The notes beneath the pieces were generated by a model. That model did no database searches, was not told the origin of the DNA, and saw only the letters and a list, made by a program, of their open reading frames with translations. DNA of 64,000 bases from Escherichia phage vB_Eco_NicPhage. Positions 1 through 11,945 of this stretch are shown here, one piece after another; position 1 is the first letter of the stretch, and each line of letters starts with the position of its first letter. The translations under genes and the position numbers were made by a program. Location: the sequence record OY726582; one strand, written 5' to 3'.

Positions 1-2112
1 AAAACTAGTAATGCCCCTATTGATTCAGACCCGTTATCTCCGACATATTCCGAACGTTTGTTTGAACAAGAAACATTTAACATCACAGGTAACCCTAAGG
101 CAGTTTGCTATAAAATGGATTCTGTTGGCGGTAAAATATTTGCACTGATTATCGGCGAAGTTGTTAATCTTAATGACGACCCGAGGACCACTCCTATTGT
201 TGATTCTGCTGATAAGGGCGTTTACGTTCTAGACCATGATGCTGGCACATTTAAACGTGTGTTTGGTAATACTGAAGAAGAACGCCGTCGTATTGAACCT
301 GGGTACACCAGTATGTCTACTGATGGTGTTGAGTTATCTATTTCATCTAGTAATTTTAAATTTCTAGAATCGGATATTGTTGATGACCCAAAAACACAAA
401 TCAAGTACGGTTTAATCGGTGCTGTTAAATATGAGTATCCTCGCGAATGGTTGGCTGATAAACATTATCATATGATGGCATTTATTTCAACTGAAGACTC
501 TCAATGGGAATCGTTCACTCCTCAACCGATGGAATACTATGCTGAGCCATTCTTTAGTTATTCTAGAAAGTCCGGTACTCGATGTTGGATTAATAACTCA
601 GACAAGGCTGTTGTAATTTATTCTGATTTACTTTACACTAAGGTTATTGAGAATCATCCACTTAGTTCTTCAGACCGTGAAGTTCATGAATATTGGAAGG
701 ACGGTGACTGTACAATAGTGATGCCTAACGTAGATTTCACCGGATTTAAAAAATATGCATCCGGCATGATTTTCTATAAATCATCAGGTGAGATTATTTC
801 TTATTATGATTTTAGTTATCGTGTTAGAGATAATGTTTCTATAATTTGGAAGCCTACTAATATATTCTTAACAGCATCGTTACAAAACCAAGAAAAAGAT
901 ACCACATGGACTCCTGTAGAAGAGAACGGTATTGCAGACCCAGATTTACGACCATTGCTCACTACAATGATGCCGGAGTCTTATCTTTTAGATAATACAA
1001 ACTTCGAAGCATTCTGCGAGGCTTATATTCAGTATCTTTCTGATGGTTATGGGACCCATTATAACAACCTTTTAAATCTTATTAAAAATCAATATCCGCG
1101 CGAAGAACATGCGTGGGAATATTTATGGTCTGAGATTTATAAACGAAACATTTACTTAAACGCCGAAAAACGCGATTTAGTGTCTCGTTTCTTTGAATCA
1201 AGAAGTTATGACTTCTATTCAACTAAAGGAACTGAAGCGTCATATAAATTCTTGTTTAAAGTGCTTTATAACGAAGATGTTGAAATTGAAATTGAATCTA
1301 GTTCCGGGACCGAATATGATATCATCATTGAATCTGATTCGTTGACAGAAGATTTGGTCGGACAAACCATATACACCGCTACAGGACGTTGTAATGTGAC
1401 GTATATCGAGAGAAGTTACTCTAAAGGTAAATTACAATGGACTGTAACAATTCACAACCTCTTAGGTCGTTTAATCCAAGGACAGGAAGTTAAAGCTGAA
1501 AGACTCCCTGGTTTTGAAGGTGAAATTGTTCGTGGTATTAAAGGTAAAGAGCTTTCTCAGAACAACATCGATTACATAAATCGTGGTAGAGCATACTACG
1601 TAATGAAGATTAAATCTAAACTTCCATCATCTCGTTGGAAATCAGACGTATTACGTTTTGTTCATCCGGTTGGATTTGGATTTATCGCAATTACCCTTCT
1701 CACAATGTTTATTAACACCGGATTAACACTTAAACATGTTGAAACCATTATTAATAAATACAAAAACTATAAGTGGGATTCTGGATTACCGACTAAATAT
1801 GCAGACCGAGTGGCTAAATTAGACCCACAAGGAAATGTTGAGTTTGACCCTATTACAGGTAAAGCGATATATGAAATAGGCCCTATGGCTGGTCAAGATT
1901 ATCCATTACCTGAAGATTATAACGCTGAAAACAATAACTCCATATTTCAAGGTCAACTTCCATCGGAACGACGTAAACTGATGAGCCCATTATTTGATGC
2001 GTCCGGAACAACATTCTCTAGATTTAGAGATTTGGTTGAACAACGGTTAATCGATACTGTAGGAAATCCAAGAGACCCCGTGAATCCACCACAGGTTAAA
2101 TTAGATGAATGA
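1..2112 (+). CDS. 7: Baseplate wedge protein gp7, C-terminal part (5' end lies outside the window)
   Basis: Reading frame is open from position 1 (no stop upstream of the first Met at 58) to the stop at 2112; followed by gp8-gp12 in canonical T4 order; T4 gp7 is about 1030 aa so a truncated product is expected. Confidence 0.75.
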   Translation, partial: KTSNAPIDSDPLSPTYSERLFEQETFNITGNPKAVCYKMDSVGGKIFALIIGEVVNLNDDPRTTPIVDSADKGVYVLDHDAGTFKRVFGNTEEERRRIEPGYTSMSTDGVELSISSSNFKFLESDIVDDPKTQIKYGLIGAVKYEYPREWLADKHYHMMAFISTEDSQWESFTPQPMEYYAEPFFSYSRKSGTRCWINNSDKAVVIYSDLLYTKVIENHPLSSSDREVHEYWKDGDCTIVMPNVDFTGFKKYASGMIFYKSSGEIISYYDFSYRVRDNVSIIWKPTNIFLTASLQNQEKDTTWTPVEENGIADPDLRPLLTTMMPESYLLDNTNFEAFCEAYIQYLSDGYGTHYNNLLNLIKNQYPREEHAWEYLWSEIYKRNIYLNAEKRDLVSRFFESRSYDFYSTKGTEASYKFLFKVLYNEDVEIEIESSSGTEYDIIIESDSLTEDLVGQTIYTATGRCNVTYIERSYSKGKLQWTVTIHNLLGRLIQGQEVKAERLPGFEGEIVRGIKGKELSQNNIDYINRGRAYYVMKIKSKLPSSRWKSDVLRFVHPVGFGFIAITLLTMFINTGLTLKHVETIINKYKNYKWDSGLPTKYADRVAKLDPQGNVEFDPITGKAIYEIGPMAGQDYPLPEDYNAENNNSIFQGQLPSERRKLMSPLFDASGTTFSRFRDLVEQRLIDTVGNPRDPVNPPQVKLDE

Positions 2113-3109
2113 TTCAAGTGTTATCTATCGTGCAATAGTTACATCAAAATTTAGAACAGAGAAAATGCTGAATTTTTATAATTCAGTTGGGGATGGAGAC
2201 GATAAGAACTCCATTTATATTACGTTTGGACGTTCAGAGCCTTGGGCGTCAAATGAAAATGAGGTGGGCTTCGCCCCACCTTATCCTACAGATTCTGTTC
2301 TTGGTGTTACTGATATGTGGACCCATATGATGGGTACCGTTAAAGTTTTACCTTCAATGTTAGATTCTGTTATTCCTAGGCGTGATTGGGGAGATGTGCG
2401 ATATCCAGACCCTTACACGTTTAGAATTAACGATATAGTCGCATGTAATACTGCTCCGTACAACGCGACAGAAGTTGGAGCCGGTTGGTTAATTTACCGT
2501 TGTTTAGACGTCCCTGACGTAGGGCTCTGTTCAATAGAATCTTTAGATAATAAAGATGAATGTCTTAAATTAGGTGGTAAATGGACCCCGTCTGTTCGTT
2601 CTATGTCTCCTCCTGAAGGCAGAGGCGATGCTAATGGGGTTATCGAAACCGGTGATGGATATATTTGGGAATACCTTTATGAGATTCCTGCCGATGTGTC
2701 AATTAACCGTTGCACTAACGAATATCTTGTAGTTCCATGGCCGGAAGAAATTAAAGAAGACCCCACCCGTTGGGGATATGAAAATAACTTAACTTGGCAA
2801 CAAGATGACTACGGCTTGATTTACCGTGTTAAAGCTAATACGATGCGCTTTAAAGCATATTTTGATTCGGTTTATTTCCCTGAGGCAGCTTTGCCTGGTA
2901 ACAAGGGGTTTAGACAGATATCAATTATCGCAAACCCATTAGAAGCTAAGAAAAATCCAAATGACCCTAATGTTAAAGCAGAAAAGGATTATTACGACCC
3001 TAGAGACCTACAACGTCATTCTGGTGAAATGATTTATATGGAAAACCGCCCACCTGTTATTATGGCAATGGACCAAACAGAAGAAATTAACATTTTGTTT
3101 ATGTTTTAA
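2105..3109 (+). CDS. 8: Baseplate wedge protein gp8
   Basis: 334-aa ORF, same length as T4 gp8, in syntenic position between gp7 and gp9; overlaps gp7 stop. Confidence 0.85.
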   Translation: MNDSSVIYRAIVTSKFRTEKMLNFYNSVGDGDDKNSIYITFGRSEPWASNENEVGFAPPYPTDSVLGVTDMWTHMMGTVKVLPSMLDSVIPRRDWGDVRYPDPYTFRINDIVACNTAPYNATEVGAGWLIYRCLDVPDVGLCSIESLDNKDECLKLGGKWTPSVRSMSPPEGRGDANGVIETGDGYIWEYLYEIPADVSINRCTNEYLVVPWPEEIKEDPTRWGYENNLTWQQDDYGLIYRVKANTMRFKAYFDSVYFPEAALPGNKGFRQISIIANPLEAKKNPNDPNVKAEKDYYDPRDLQRHSGEMIYMENRPPVIMAMDQTEEINILFMF

Positions 3110-3112
3110 TTA

Positions 3113-3136
3113 GGGAGCCTTCGGGCTCCCATTTTT
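3113..3136 (+). terminator. Intrinsic terminator after gene 8 (GGGAGCC-UUCG-GGCUCCC + U-tract)
   Basis: 7-bp GC-rich stem, UUCG tetraloop, followed by ATTTTT. Confidence 0.7.
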
Positions 3137-3141
3137 GTATC

Positions 3142-3149
3142 TATAAATA
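3142..3149 (+). promoter_or_regulatory. Late promoter TATAAATA upstream of gene 9
   Basis: Exact TATAAATA 33 nt upstream of the gp9 ATG, just after the gp8 terminator. Confidence 0.6.
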
Positions 3150-3181
3150 GAATATAATATCGGACAACAAAAGGCAGAATT

Positions 3182-4054
3182 ATGGCATTTTTTAAGCAAA
3201 CTCCTAAACAATTAATCGATACCGGCGAAATTGGTAATGCCTCAACAGGTGATATCTTATTCGACGGTGGTAATAAAATAAATGACGATATCAACGCTAT
3301 TTACAATGCATTTGGCGATCAACGTAAAATGGCCGTAGCAGATGGAACCGGACCTACAGGTCAAACTATTCATGCCACAGGTTATTATCAAAAAGGAAAG
3401 GCGATCGATTATCAAACTCCTATTAAACCCGGCACCATGCATGATATTGATGCTTCTGATGGCGGTGTGATTGTTATTATTGACCGTCCTGAATTAGGTG
3501 ATTCTGTAGAATTCATAAACTCTAATGGGTCTATTTCTGTTAACAATCCTTTAAGTATCCAAGTAACCGATGGTTCAATTAAAGGTGTTCTTAATAATCT
3601 TGTTATTTCCACCCCTTATACCCATGTTGTTCTTCGTTGTGTTGAACTTAACGGGCCAACTTCAGTATGGAATTATTCTACTGATAGCATGTTTGGGCAG
3701 AAAGAATCTCCTGTCGATGGGACTTGGAGTCTTACAGGAAACTCAGTTTCTATTCCTCTGTTTTATCGCACAGATTATAATATGGCTAAATTGCTTGTTA
3801 CATGCCAATCCGCCGACGGTAGAAAAATAAAAACATGCGAAATAAATATTCTAATAGATACAATTAACTCAGAAGTTCTTTCTACTGAATTTGCAGTAAT
3901 GCGAGTTGGTAATGTAGATGAAACCGACGAGATTGCTAATATTAGCTTTAGTATTATTAACAACTTTGCTACTATGACGATTACATCCGATATTATTGGA
4001 TTACGTTCAGCAGTTAAAATTATCTCAACTCAGAAAATTGGGGTCGCTCAATAA
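3182..4054 (+). CDS. 9: Baseplate wedge protein gp9 (long tail fiber socket)
   Basis: 290 aa; N-terminal LIDTGEIGNASTGDILFDGGNKIN and C-terminal KIGVAQ recognised as T4 gp9-like; late promoter TATAAATA 33 nt upstream. Confidence 0.9.
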   Translation: MAFFKQTPKQLIDTGEIGNASTGDILFDGGNKINDDINAIYNAFGDQRKMAVADGTGPTGQTIHATGYYQKGKAIDYQTPIKPGTMHDIDASDGGVIVIIDRPELGDSVEFINSNGSISVNNPLSIQVTDGSIKGVLNNLVISTPYTHVVLRCVELNGPTSVWNYSTDSMFGQKESPVDGTWSLTGNSVSIPLFYRTDYNMAKLLVTCQSADGRKIKTCEINILIDTINSEVLSTEFAVMRVGNVDETDEIANISFSIINNFATMTITSDIIGLRSAVKIISTQKIGVAQ

Positions 4055-5859
4055 TGAAACAAAATATTAAAATTGGTAACGTCGTTGATGACGGACAAGG
4101 CGATTACCTTCGTCGAGGTGGTGAAAAAATAAATGAGAACTTTGACGAAATCTATTATGAATTAGGTGATGGTGAAGTTCCTTATGCCGCTGGCGCATGG
4201 AAGACTTATGATGCGGCTGATGGTCTTAATCTTAAGGCCGCTTGGGGTAAATCTTATGCAATTAATACTACTTCTGGGCGAGTTTCGGTAAATCTTCCTA
4301 AAGGTACAATTGCAGACTATAATAAAGTTATTCGTGCTCGTGACGTATTTGCAACTTGGAACATTAACCCTGTTACTTTAATTCCGGCAAACGGAGACAC
4401 GATTAAAGGTTCTTCATCTCCAGTAGAAATTAACGTTCAGTTCTCTGATTTAGAATTAGTTTATTGTGCTCCTGGACGTTGGGAATACATCAAGAACAAA
4501 CAAATTGATAAAATAGTTAGCTCTGACATTAGTAATGTTGCTCGTAGAGAATATCTGGTTGAAACCCAAGGTCAGACCGATTTCATGGATGTTTTTAACG
4601 GGACCTCTTATAACGTTAACAACATTCGCGTAAAACATCGTGGCAACGAATTATATTATGGTGATGTGTTCAGTGATAATAGTGATTTTGGTTCTCCTGG
4701 TGCTAATCCTGGTGAACTGGTTGCACTTGATGGATTTAATATTAGATTACGCCAACCATGTAATGTTGGGGACACTGTACAAATTGAGACATTCCTAGAT
4801 GGTGTTTCTCAGTGGCGTAGTTCATATACTCGTCGCCAAGTTCGCATTTTAGATAGTAAATTGACTGCTAAAAAGTCTATTGACGGAAGTATTTACGTCA
4901 CTGATTTGAGTACGTTCCGGTCTATTCCATTTACAGCATTTGGTATTAATCCTACAGAACCACCTAACCCGAATTCATTAGAAGTTCGCTTCAATGGTAT
5001 TCTCCAAGAATTAGCTGGTACTGTTGGAACTCCTATTTTCCGTTGTGAAGGTGTGGATGCTGATTCTGAAGAGTCATGCGCTAATCTCGGTGGGACATGG
5101 ACTCAATCGTATACAGATTATGCGATTGAATATACTGATAATATCCCTAGCGCAATTCTGTTTGACCGTCAATTTGAAGACCAAGACATTATTACCATCA
5201 CATGGTTTAATAACGATTTAGGAACTCTTCTTGAAATGGAAGAAATTCTTGATGTCGCTGATGAGAAATATGTTTCTCAAGGGTCTAACATTGAAATTAC
5301 TGGTGACGTTGCATTAACCGATTTCGATAAAATTGGATGGCCTAATGTAGAACCTGTTCCTAAGTATGAACGTGAATTCTCGACTATCTCAGCAATATTT
5401 GATACAATTTATCCTGTCGGGACTATTTACGAAAATGCGGTTAACCCTAATAATCCGGCCACTTATTTAGGTTTTGGTTCATGGAAAATTTGGGGACAAG
5501 GCAAAGTATTAGCAGGTTGGAATGACGACGCGTCGGATCCTAATTTTGCATTAAATAATAATGACCTTGACGTCAATGGTAACCCTACTCATACTGCAGG
5601 TGGTACCGTTGGTGTAACAACCATCACATTAGAAAATGCTGATTTACCAGCTACACAAACCGATGAAAAGGTTCTTATTTCTGATGATAATGGTACAGTA
5701 ATTATAGGCGGTTGCCAATACGACCCGGATGAAGAAGGTCCTATTTACACTAAATATCGTGAAGACCATGCAAAGACTAATGAATCTCATGTTCCAGCGC
5801 GTTCTATAACTAATATTCAGCCATCTATAACTGTATACCGTTGGGTAAGGATTGCATAA
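4054..5859 (+). CDS. 10: Baseplate wedge protein gp10
   Basis: 601 aa (T4 602); start overlaps gp9 stop; sequence colinear with remembered T4 gp10 ([13 protein letters not shown]...YRWVRIA). Confidence 0.9.
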   Translation: MKQNIKIGNVVDDGQGDYLRRGGEKINENFDEIYYELGDGEVPYAAGAWKTYDAADGLNLKAAWGKSYAINTTSGRVSVNLPKGTIADYNKVIRARDVFATWNINPVTLIPANGDTIKGSSSPVEINVQFSDLELVYCAPGRWEYIKNKQIDKIVSSDISNVARREYLVETQGQTDFMDVFNGTSYNVNNIRVKHRGNELYYGDVFSDNSDFGSPGANPGELVALDGFNIRLRQPCNVGDTVQIETFLDGVSQWRSSYTRRQVRILDSKLTAKKSIDGSIYVTDLSTFRSIPFTAFGINPTEPPNPNSLEVRFNGILQELAGTVGTPIFRCEGVDADSEESCANLGGTWTQSYTDYAIEYTDNIPSAILFDRQFEDQDIITITWFNNDLGTLLEMEEILDVADEKYVSQGSNIEITGDVALTDFDKIGWPNVEPVPKYEREFSTISAIFDTIYPVGTIYENAVNPNNPATYLGFGSWKIWGQGKVLAGWNDDASDPNFALNNNDLDVNGNPTHTAGGTVGVTTITLENADLPATQTDEKVLISDDNGTVIIGGCQYDPDEEGPIYTKYREDHAKTNESHVPARSITNIQPSITVYRWVRIA

Positions 5860-6518
5860 TGACTGTACTTAATACAAAGGCGGGAGTTATTTCCCGCCAT
5901 GCTGATTTTTTGAATTACAGAAAAAATCCAGCTCAAATTGATGTTTTAAACAACCAAGCTGTAGGTTCCGTGACTATTTCTCAGTTAGCTCGCGGTTTTT
6001 ATGACGCTAACGTAGAATCTGCAATAAATGATGTCCATAATATGGCACGAGCTGATATTGGTACTGTTGTCACAAACACTTCAGGCATATCGCCTGAAGG
6101 TACAGCACAAGTTGATTATTGGACTTTTTCTGGTGATGTTCTCGACGATACTTTGGCCCCTGGAACGCCGGTCGTTATTAACGTATTTGGACTTGCTGTT
6201 AAAGCAACAATTGGTATGACTGATAACGAATTAACGGCACAAGTTCGTATAGCTTTACAAGAAGCCATTGCTAATCAAATCGCTATTTCTTCTTATAAAG
6301 ACCATCCGTCTGAAGGTAATAAACTTCAGGTGACATATTTAGATAACCAACGTCATGTGTTGCCAACATATGCTTCGTTTGGTGTAACAATTTCGCAAGA
6401 AATTTTGTCTGAAGCAAAATCCGGATACGGAACATGGAATTTATTGGGTGCCCAAACGGTTACTCTTGATAACCATGATACTCCTACCGTTTTCTACCAC
6501 TTTGTGAGAGCCTCATGA
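5859..6518 (+). CDS. 11: Baseplate wedge protein gp11 (short tail fiber attachment)
   Basis: 219 aa from the in-frame Met that overlaps the gp10 stop (TAATG); the ORF-track start at 5841 is probably a 6-codon over-extension; T4 gp11 is 219 aa. Confidence 0.85.
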   Translation: MTVLNTKAGVISRHADFLNYRKNPAQIDVLNNQAVGSVTISQLARGFYDANVESAINDVHNMARADIGTVVTNTSGISPEGTAQVDYWTFSGDVLDDTLAPGTPVVINVFGLAVKATIGMTDNELTAQVRIALQEAIANQIAISSYKDHPSEGNKLQVTYLDNQRHVLPTYASFGVTISQEILSEAKSGYGTWNLLGAQTVTLDNHDTPTVFYHFVRAS

Positions 6519-8098
6519 GTAATAACAATACATACCAACACGTTTCAAACGAATCCATTTACGTTGAATTCGACCCTACGGGGTCGAATTTTCCAGACAC
6601 AGTCACTAATGTCCAAGCCGCATTAGCTGCCATTTCTCCTTCAGGTGTTAATGGTGTACCTGAAGCAACAACTACTACACCAGGAATTATTCAAATAGCT
6701 ACTCCACAAGAAGTTATTGATGGATTAGATAATAGTAAAGCTGTTACTCCGGCAACACTGAATGCTCGTCTACAATATCCTAATGCAACTGAAACTCAAT
6801 ATGGCTTAACTCGTTATGCTACTGAAGATGAAGCAGTAACCGGAACTATTGACGATGCATCAATTACTCCGCTTAAATTGAATCAAAAAATAGACAATGT
6901 ATTTCAGACAAAAGTGTCAACAGAAGCAACAAATGGTGTAATTAAAATTTCAACTTCTGCTGCGGCATTAGCTGGTTCTGACGATACAACGGCAATGACC
7001 CCGTTAAAAACACAACAATTAGCAATTAAACTTATTTCACAAATTGCTCCAAATAATAGTGACGCCACCGAATCTATTAGCGGTGTTGTTCGTTTGGCTA
7101 CAGTTGCTCAAGCGCAACAAGGCACCCTTCGTGAAGGCTATGCAATTTCACCTTATACCTTTATGAATTCAGTAGCATCAGAAACTAATAAAGGTGTCGT
7201 TAAACTAGGGACACAGACCGAAGTAAATAGTAACAACTCTTCAGTTGTAGTGACCGGCGCAACATTAAACGGGCGTGGGGCTACAACTTCTTTACGTGGA
7301 GTTGTTCGTTTAACTACACAAGCGGGTAGCCAATCAGGTGGTGATGGTTCTTCTGCCCTTGCTTGGAATGCTGATGTTATCCACCAACGAGGCGGACAAA
7401 CTATTAATGGCACGCTTCGCATTAATAATACGTTGACGGTTGGTTCTGGTGGCGCTAATATAACGGGTAATGTCAATATGACCGGCGGTTATATTCAAGG
7501 CAATCGTATTGTGACTCAAAATGAATTAGACCGAATTCTTCCAGTTGGCGCTATTACAATGTGGGCTGCAGATAGTTTACCGAGTTCTGACTGGCGCTTC
7601 TGTCACGGTGGGACCGTTTCTGCTTCAGAATGTCCGGTATATGCTTCTAGAATTGGGACACGATATGGTGGTAGTTCTTCTAACCCAGGCTTGCCTGATA
7701 TGCGTGGATTATTTGTTCGCGGCTCAGGTCGTGGTAACCATTTAACTAACCCTAATGTTAATGGTAATGACCAATTCGGTAAGCCTCGTCTGGCGGTAGG
7801 TTGTACCGGTGGATATGTCGGTGAAGTGCAAAAACAACAGATGTCGTATCATAAGCATGCTGGTGGTTTTGGCGAACATGACGATTCCGGTGCATTTGGT
7901 AATACTCGTCGTTCAAACTTTGTTGGTACTCGTAAAGGACTTGACTGGGATAACCGTTCATATTTTACTAACGAAGGATATGAAATTGATCCAGCGTCTC
8001 AGCGTAACTCTAAATATACCATGAATCGTCCAGAATTAATTGGAAATGAAACTCGTCCATGGAATATTTCTTTAAACTATATCATTAAGGTAAAATAA
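6515..8098 (+). CDS. 12: Short tail fiber protein gp12
   Basis: 527 aa, identical length to T4 gp12; Thr/Ser/Gly-rich repetitive fibrous middle region; syntenic. Confidence 0.9.
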   Translation: MSNNNTYQHVSNESIYVEFDPTGSNFPDTVTNVQAALAAISPSGVNGVPEATTTTPGIIQIATPQEVIDGLDNSKAVTPATLNARLQYPNATETQYGLTRYATEDEAVTGTIDDASITPLKLNQKIDNVFQTKVSTEATNGVIKISTSAAALAGSDDTTAMTPLKTQQLAIKLISQIAPNNSDATESISGVVRLATVAQAQQGTLREGYAISPYTFMNSVASETNKGVVKLGTQTEVNSNNSSVVVTGATLNGRGATTSLRGVVRLTTQAGSQSGGDGSSALAWNADVIHQRGGQTINGTLRINNTLTVGSGGANITGNVNMTGGYIQGNRIVTQNELDRILPVGAITMWAADSLPSSDWRFCHGGTVSASECPVYASRIGTRYGGSSSNPGLPDMRGLFVRGSGRGNHLTNPNVNGNDQFGKPRLAVGCTGGYVGEVQKQQMSYHKHAGGFGEHDDSGAFGNTRRSNFVGTRKGLDWDNRSYFTNEGYEIDPASQRNSKYTMNRPELIGNETRPWNISLNYIIKVK

Positions 8099-9546
8099 TG
8101 ACTGATATAACTCTGGTAGATTTACCATATGTTGACGGCCCGCCAGACGCGGGTCAGAGTCGTATTGAATGGATTAAAAACGATGAAGAAATAACAGGTG
8201 CTGACACAAAATACGGTTCTGAAGGTGTAATGAACCGCCCTATTGTTGAAGTTCAACGTAACGTAGAAGCGTTAGATGTTAATATTAAAACTATAGCATC
8301 TTCTTTGAATACGGCCAATGAAGATATCAAAGTTATTCAAGGTATTTTAGATGTTTCTGGGGATGTTGATGCTCTTGCACAGATAGGCCAGAACACCCAA
8401 GATATTGATGTCATTAAAGTCACAGTTCAAACCCATGCTAATGAATTGAATGATTTGAATGAACATATTGATGCGAATACTGATGATATTGGTGTTTATA
8501 ATCAGGAAACAGATTCAGTTTATAGAACGGTTCGTAATGACCTGCTTTGGATTAAAAATGAATTAGGACAATATACTGGTCAAGATATTAATGGGGTTCC
8601 TACTCCAGGAAATGATAGCACTGGTATGAAACGCCGTATTATGACTAATAGCTCCGTAATTGTTGACCACGGTGTTCGATTAACTGATTTAGAAACTAAA
8701 TTTGCTGATTCTGACGTCGGCTCTTTAACTATTGAAGTCGAACACTTGCGCGAAGAAATGGGCCCTCGTACTTCTTTCACTACTCCAGTGTTTAGTCGTC
8801 TTTCCGGTATTGATTTAACTTTGTCGCGTCAAAATGCTGACTTGGATGGCATTAAACAGTCTATTGGGTATCCTAATACGACTTCTATTATTACTACAAC
8901 TAATGCGAATAGTTCAGCAATAAACGACATTAATCTTGAGCTCAATCAATCAGGTGGTATTAAACCTCGTTTGACTACGGTAGAAACTGCCATTGGCGCT
9001 GATGATTTGCCTACTACAATCCAAGGACGTATTAAACTCAATACTGATGCTATCGGAGCATTGAACACTGTTGTCGGCTCTGATTCTTCGTCAGGACTGC
9101 GTTTTAATGTGTCATGGTTAAATAACGTAGTTGGTGTTGACGCTTCAGGTGGGAAACCGGAACCAGACGGCTCTTTGCTTTATCGTACTCGAGAGCTTGA
9201 AGGAACTATCAGTGGGATGAGTAATGACATTCAGAACATTCAAACTGATGTTGGGACTAATAGCACAGGAATTAAGGGTTCTGTAAACACATTAAATACT
9301 CTTATAAATGGCACCAACCCAAATGGTTCGACTGTTGAAGAACGCGGTATATTGCCTACAGTTAAAAGTCATGATATGACAATTAATGGTTTAACTTCTA
9401 GAATTGCTACTCTTGAAACTGATTTGGCCGCTGCAGAAGCTGAAATCCAAACTCTTAAGGACGCTGGATATATTGAAGATGCTCCTTCAGACGGTAAATT
9501 CTATGTTCGCAAAGATGGCGCATGGGTTGAACTTCCTACAGCTTAA
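8098..9546 (+). CDS. wac: Fibritin (whisker antigen control protein) with C-terminal foldon
   Basis: 482 aa; coiled-coil-like heptad-rich body; C-terminal GYIEDAPSDGKFYVRKDGAWVEL matches the fibritin foldon motif. Confidence 0.9.
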   Translation: MTDITLVDLPYVDGPPDAGQSRIEWIKNDEEITGADTKYGSEGVMNRPIVEVQRNVEALDVNIKTIASSLNTANEDIKVIQGILDVSGDVDALAQIGQNTQDIDVIKVTVQTHANELNDLNEHIDANTDDIGVYNQETDSVYRTVRNDLLWIKNELGQYTGQDINGVPTPGNDSTGMKRRIMTNSSVIVDHGVRLTDLETKFADSDVGSLTIEVEHLREEMGPRTSFTTPVFSRLSGIDLTLSRQNADLDGIKQSIGYPNTTSIITTTNANSSAINDINLELNQSGGIKPRLTTVETAIGADDLPTTIQGRIKLNTDAIGALNTVVGSDSSSGLRFNVSWLNNVVGVDASGGKPEPDGSLLYRTRELEGTISGMSNDIQNIQTDVGTNSTGIKGSVNTLNTLINGTNPNGSTVEERGILPTVKSHDMTINGLTSRIATLETDLAAAEAEIQTLKDAGYIEDAPSDGKFYVRKDGAWVELPTA

Positions 9547-9552
9547 TGAAAA

Positions 9553-9566
9553 GGGCCTTCGGGCCC
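9553..9566 (+). other. RNA hairpin GGGCC-UUCG-GGCCC after wac (no U-tract)
   Basis: GC stem with UUCG tetraloop 7 nt after the fibritin stop, followed by the gp13 ribosome-binding region. Confidence 0.45.
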
Positions 9567-9578
9567 TAAAGGATTTAT

Positions 9579-10505
9579 ATGTCAGGTTATAATGCACAAA
9601 ACCCTAAAGAATTAAAGGATGTAATATTACGTCGTTTAGGCGCTCCTATTGTAAATGTTGAATTAACTACGGACCAAATTTATGATTGTATTTCACGAGC
9701 GTTAGAACTTTATGGCGAATACCATTTTGACGGGTTGAATAAAGGTTTCCATGTATTTTTTGTTGATGACGAAGAAAAATACCGTCACGGCGTATTTGAT
9801 ATGCGTGGTTCTAACGTATTTGCCGTAACAAGAATTATAAGAACAAATGTTGGCTCTATTACTTCAATGGATGGTAATGCAACTTATCCATGGTTCACCG
9901 ATTTCCTTTTAGGAATGGCTGGTGTTTCAGGTGGTATGGGTAGTAATTGTGGTAAATTCTACGGCCCAAACGCTTTTGGCGCTGACCTCGGGTATTATTC
10001 TCAATTAGTATCTTATATGGGTATGCTTCAAGATATGATTGCTCCTCTTCCAGATTTTTGGTTTAACTCTGCAAACGAGCAATTAAAAGTAATGGGTAAC
10101 TTTAGACAGAAAGATGTCATTATCGTTGAATCGTATGTTCGCTCTTATATCGAGACCCATAAGATGGTAGGAAATACAGTAGGGTACGGTCAGGTTGGTC
10201 CTCGTGATTCATGGTCTATTTCTGAACGTTATGATAATCCAGACCATAATTTGGTAGGACGTCGAGTTGGTGAAGATCCTGCAACTAAACAAGGCGCATA
10301 TAACAACCGCTGGGTTAAAGATTATGCAACTGCATTAGCTAAAGAGCTTAATGGACAAATTCTTGCTAAACATCAAGGTATGATGTTACCTGGTGGCGTC
10401 ACTGTTGATGGTGTTCGATTAATTGAAGAAGCTCGTTTAGAGAAAGAAGCTTTACGAGAAGAGTTATATTTACTGGACCCTCCTGCAGGTATTTTGGTAG
10501 GTTAA
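9579..10505 (+). CDS. 13: Neck protein gp13
   Basis: 308 aa (T4 309) in syntenic position after wac. Confidence 0.85.
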   Translation: MSGYNAQNPKELKDVILRRLGAPIVNVELTTDQIYDCISRALELYGEYHFDGLNKGFHVFFVDDEEKYRHGVFDMRGSNVFAVTRIIRTNVGSITSMDGNATYPWFTDFLLGMAGVSGGMGSNCGKFYGPNAFGADLGYYSQLVSYMGMLQDMIAPLPDFWFNSANEQLKVMGNFRQKDVIIVESYVRSYIETHKMVGNTVGYGQVGPRDSWSISERYDNPDHNLVGRRVGEDPATKQGAYNNRWVKDYATALAKELNGQILAKHQGMMLPGGVTVDGVRLIEEARLEKEALREELYLLDPPAGILVG

Positions 10506-10506
10506 T

Positions 10507-11142
10507 ATGGCAACATACTACAGATTGTATATTACAACATTTGAAACATCCACCGGTATAAAGATTTATGGTGGTAAACACAAATCAGTTTACGAAGACC
10601 CTTCAAAAGACCCTTATACTGGGTCTGGTACCTTTATACGAAGGGCCAAAAGAAAATACGGTCCGTCTTGTATAAAAGAAATTATATGGTCTAAGCCATT
10701 TGAATCTAAAGCTCTAATGGACGAAGCTGAAGAGTTACTGGTAGATGAATTATCCATTTTAGAAAATTGCGCAAATCTTGTTAAAGGTGGTGCAGGCGGA
10801 AGGTCGTATATTAACCCAGAAGATAATCCATCTATAGGACAAAAACGTTCAGCCCAATCTAAAAAGAAAATGTCTGACGCCGCAAAATCAAGAAAATGGA
10901 CTGAAGAAGGGTTAAGAAAACGTAAAGAATCTACAGCAAGAATGTGGAAAGATTTCAAACATAGACATCCTGATTTTTCTGGTTCAAAAAATCCGGCAGC
11001 TCGAAAAGTTAGTGTAAATGGTAAAATATTTAACACCTGCAAAGAATGTGGTGAAGAATTTAATATCACATCAAGCGCGGTTATAGGCCGATGCAAAAAC
11101 AACAAACCTAAATGGGCAGGATGGAATTATGTCGACGTATAA
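10507..11142 (+). CDS. GIY-YIG family homing-endonuclease-like protein (Seg-like), inserted between genes 13 and 14
   Basis: N-terminal YRLYITTF...GIKIYGGKH...YTGSG resembles the GIY-YIG catalytic module; basic Lys/Arg-rich central region (NUMOD-like) and C-terminal Cys-containing segment (CKECGEE...GRCKN); no gene at this position in T4; 3' end overlaps gp14 start by 14 nt. Confidence 0.65.
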   Translation: MATYYRLYITTFETSTGIKIYGGKHKSVYEDPSKDPYTGSGTFIRRAKRKYGPSCIKEIIWSKPFESKALMDEAEELLVDELSILENCANLVKGGAGGRSYINPEDNPSIGQKRSAQSKKKMSDAAKSRKWTEEGLRKRKESTARMWKDFKHRHPDFSGSKNPAARKVSVNGKIFNTCKECGEEFNITSSAVIGRCKNNKPKWAGWNYVDV

Positions 11143-11893
11143 TTCAAATTTATTTGCAAAGTTAGAAAACCGAGAAGGCTATTCTAAAACTAATGAAACC
11201 GAGATTTTAAACAAATACGTGAACTTCAACAAATACGAAAATAGTCAAACCCTAGCTGATGTGTTAGTAGCAGAAAGCATACAGATGCGCGGTATTGAAT
11301 GTTTTTATGTTCCACGTGAATATGTTGCCGTGGACCTTATCTTTGGTGAGGACCTTAAAAATAAATTTACTAAAGCATGGAAATTTGCTGCATATCTGAA
11401 CTCTTTTGAAGGTTATGAAGGAGCGAAATCGTTCTTCAGCAACTTCGGAATGCAAGTTCAAGACGAAGTTACATTATCTATTAACCCAGGTCTTTTCAAA
11501 CACCAGGTCAACAATCAGGAGCCTAAGGAAGGTGATTTAATATACTTCCCAATGGACAACAGTTTGTTTGAGATTAACTGGGTTGAACCATATGACCCAT
11601 TCTATCAAGTAGGTAAAAATGCGATTCGTAAAATTACTGCAGGCAAGTTTATTTACTCTGGCGAAGAAATCAATCCGGTGCTTCAGAAAAATGAAGGTAT
11701 CAATATACCTGAATTTAGTGACTTGGAACTTAACCCTGTTAGAAATCTTGACGGTATCCATGACATTAATATCGATGAATATTCTGAAGTTGAGCAAATC
11801 AATTCAGAGGCAAGTGAATACGTTGAGCCGTATGTAGTAGTTAACAACCGTGGTAGACAAAATTCACCATTTGACGATGGGTTTATGAATTAA
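11129..11893 (+). CDS. 14: Neck protein gp14
   Basis: 254 aa (T4 256), syntenic, N-terminus ..NLFAKLEN.. recognised. Confidence 0.85.
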   Translation: MSTYNSNLFAKLENREGYSKTNETEILNKYVNFNKYENSQTLADVLVAESIQMRGIECFYVPREYVAVDLIFGEDLKNKFTKAWKFAAYLNSFEGYEGAKSFFSNFGMQVQDEVTLSINPGLFKHQVNNQEPKEGDLIYFPMDNSLFEINWVEPYDPFYQVGKNAIRKITAGKFIYSGEEINPVLQKNEGINIPEFSDLELNPVRNLDGIHDINIDEYSEVEQINSEASEYVEPYVVVNNRGRQNSPFDDGFMN

Positions 11894-11945
11894 TAAATAG
11901 ATAAGATAAAGCAAACACCGGTCGAAAGGCCGGTTAGGAGAAATG

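Noticed and set aside
10614-11105. Minus-strand 163-aa ORF
   Set aside because: Antisense to the GIY-YIG gene; the plus-strand ORF carries the recognisable nuclease motif.
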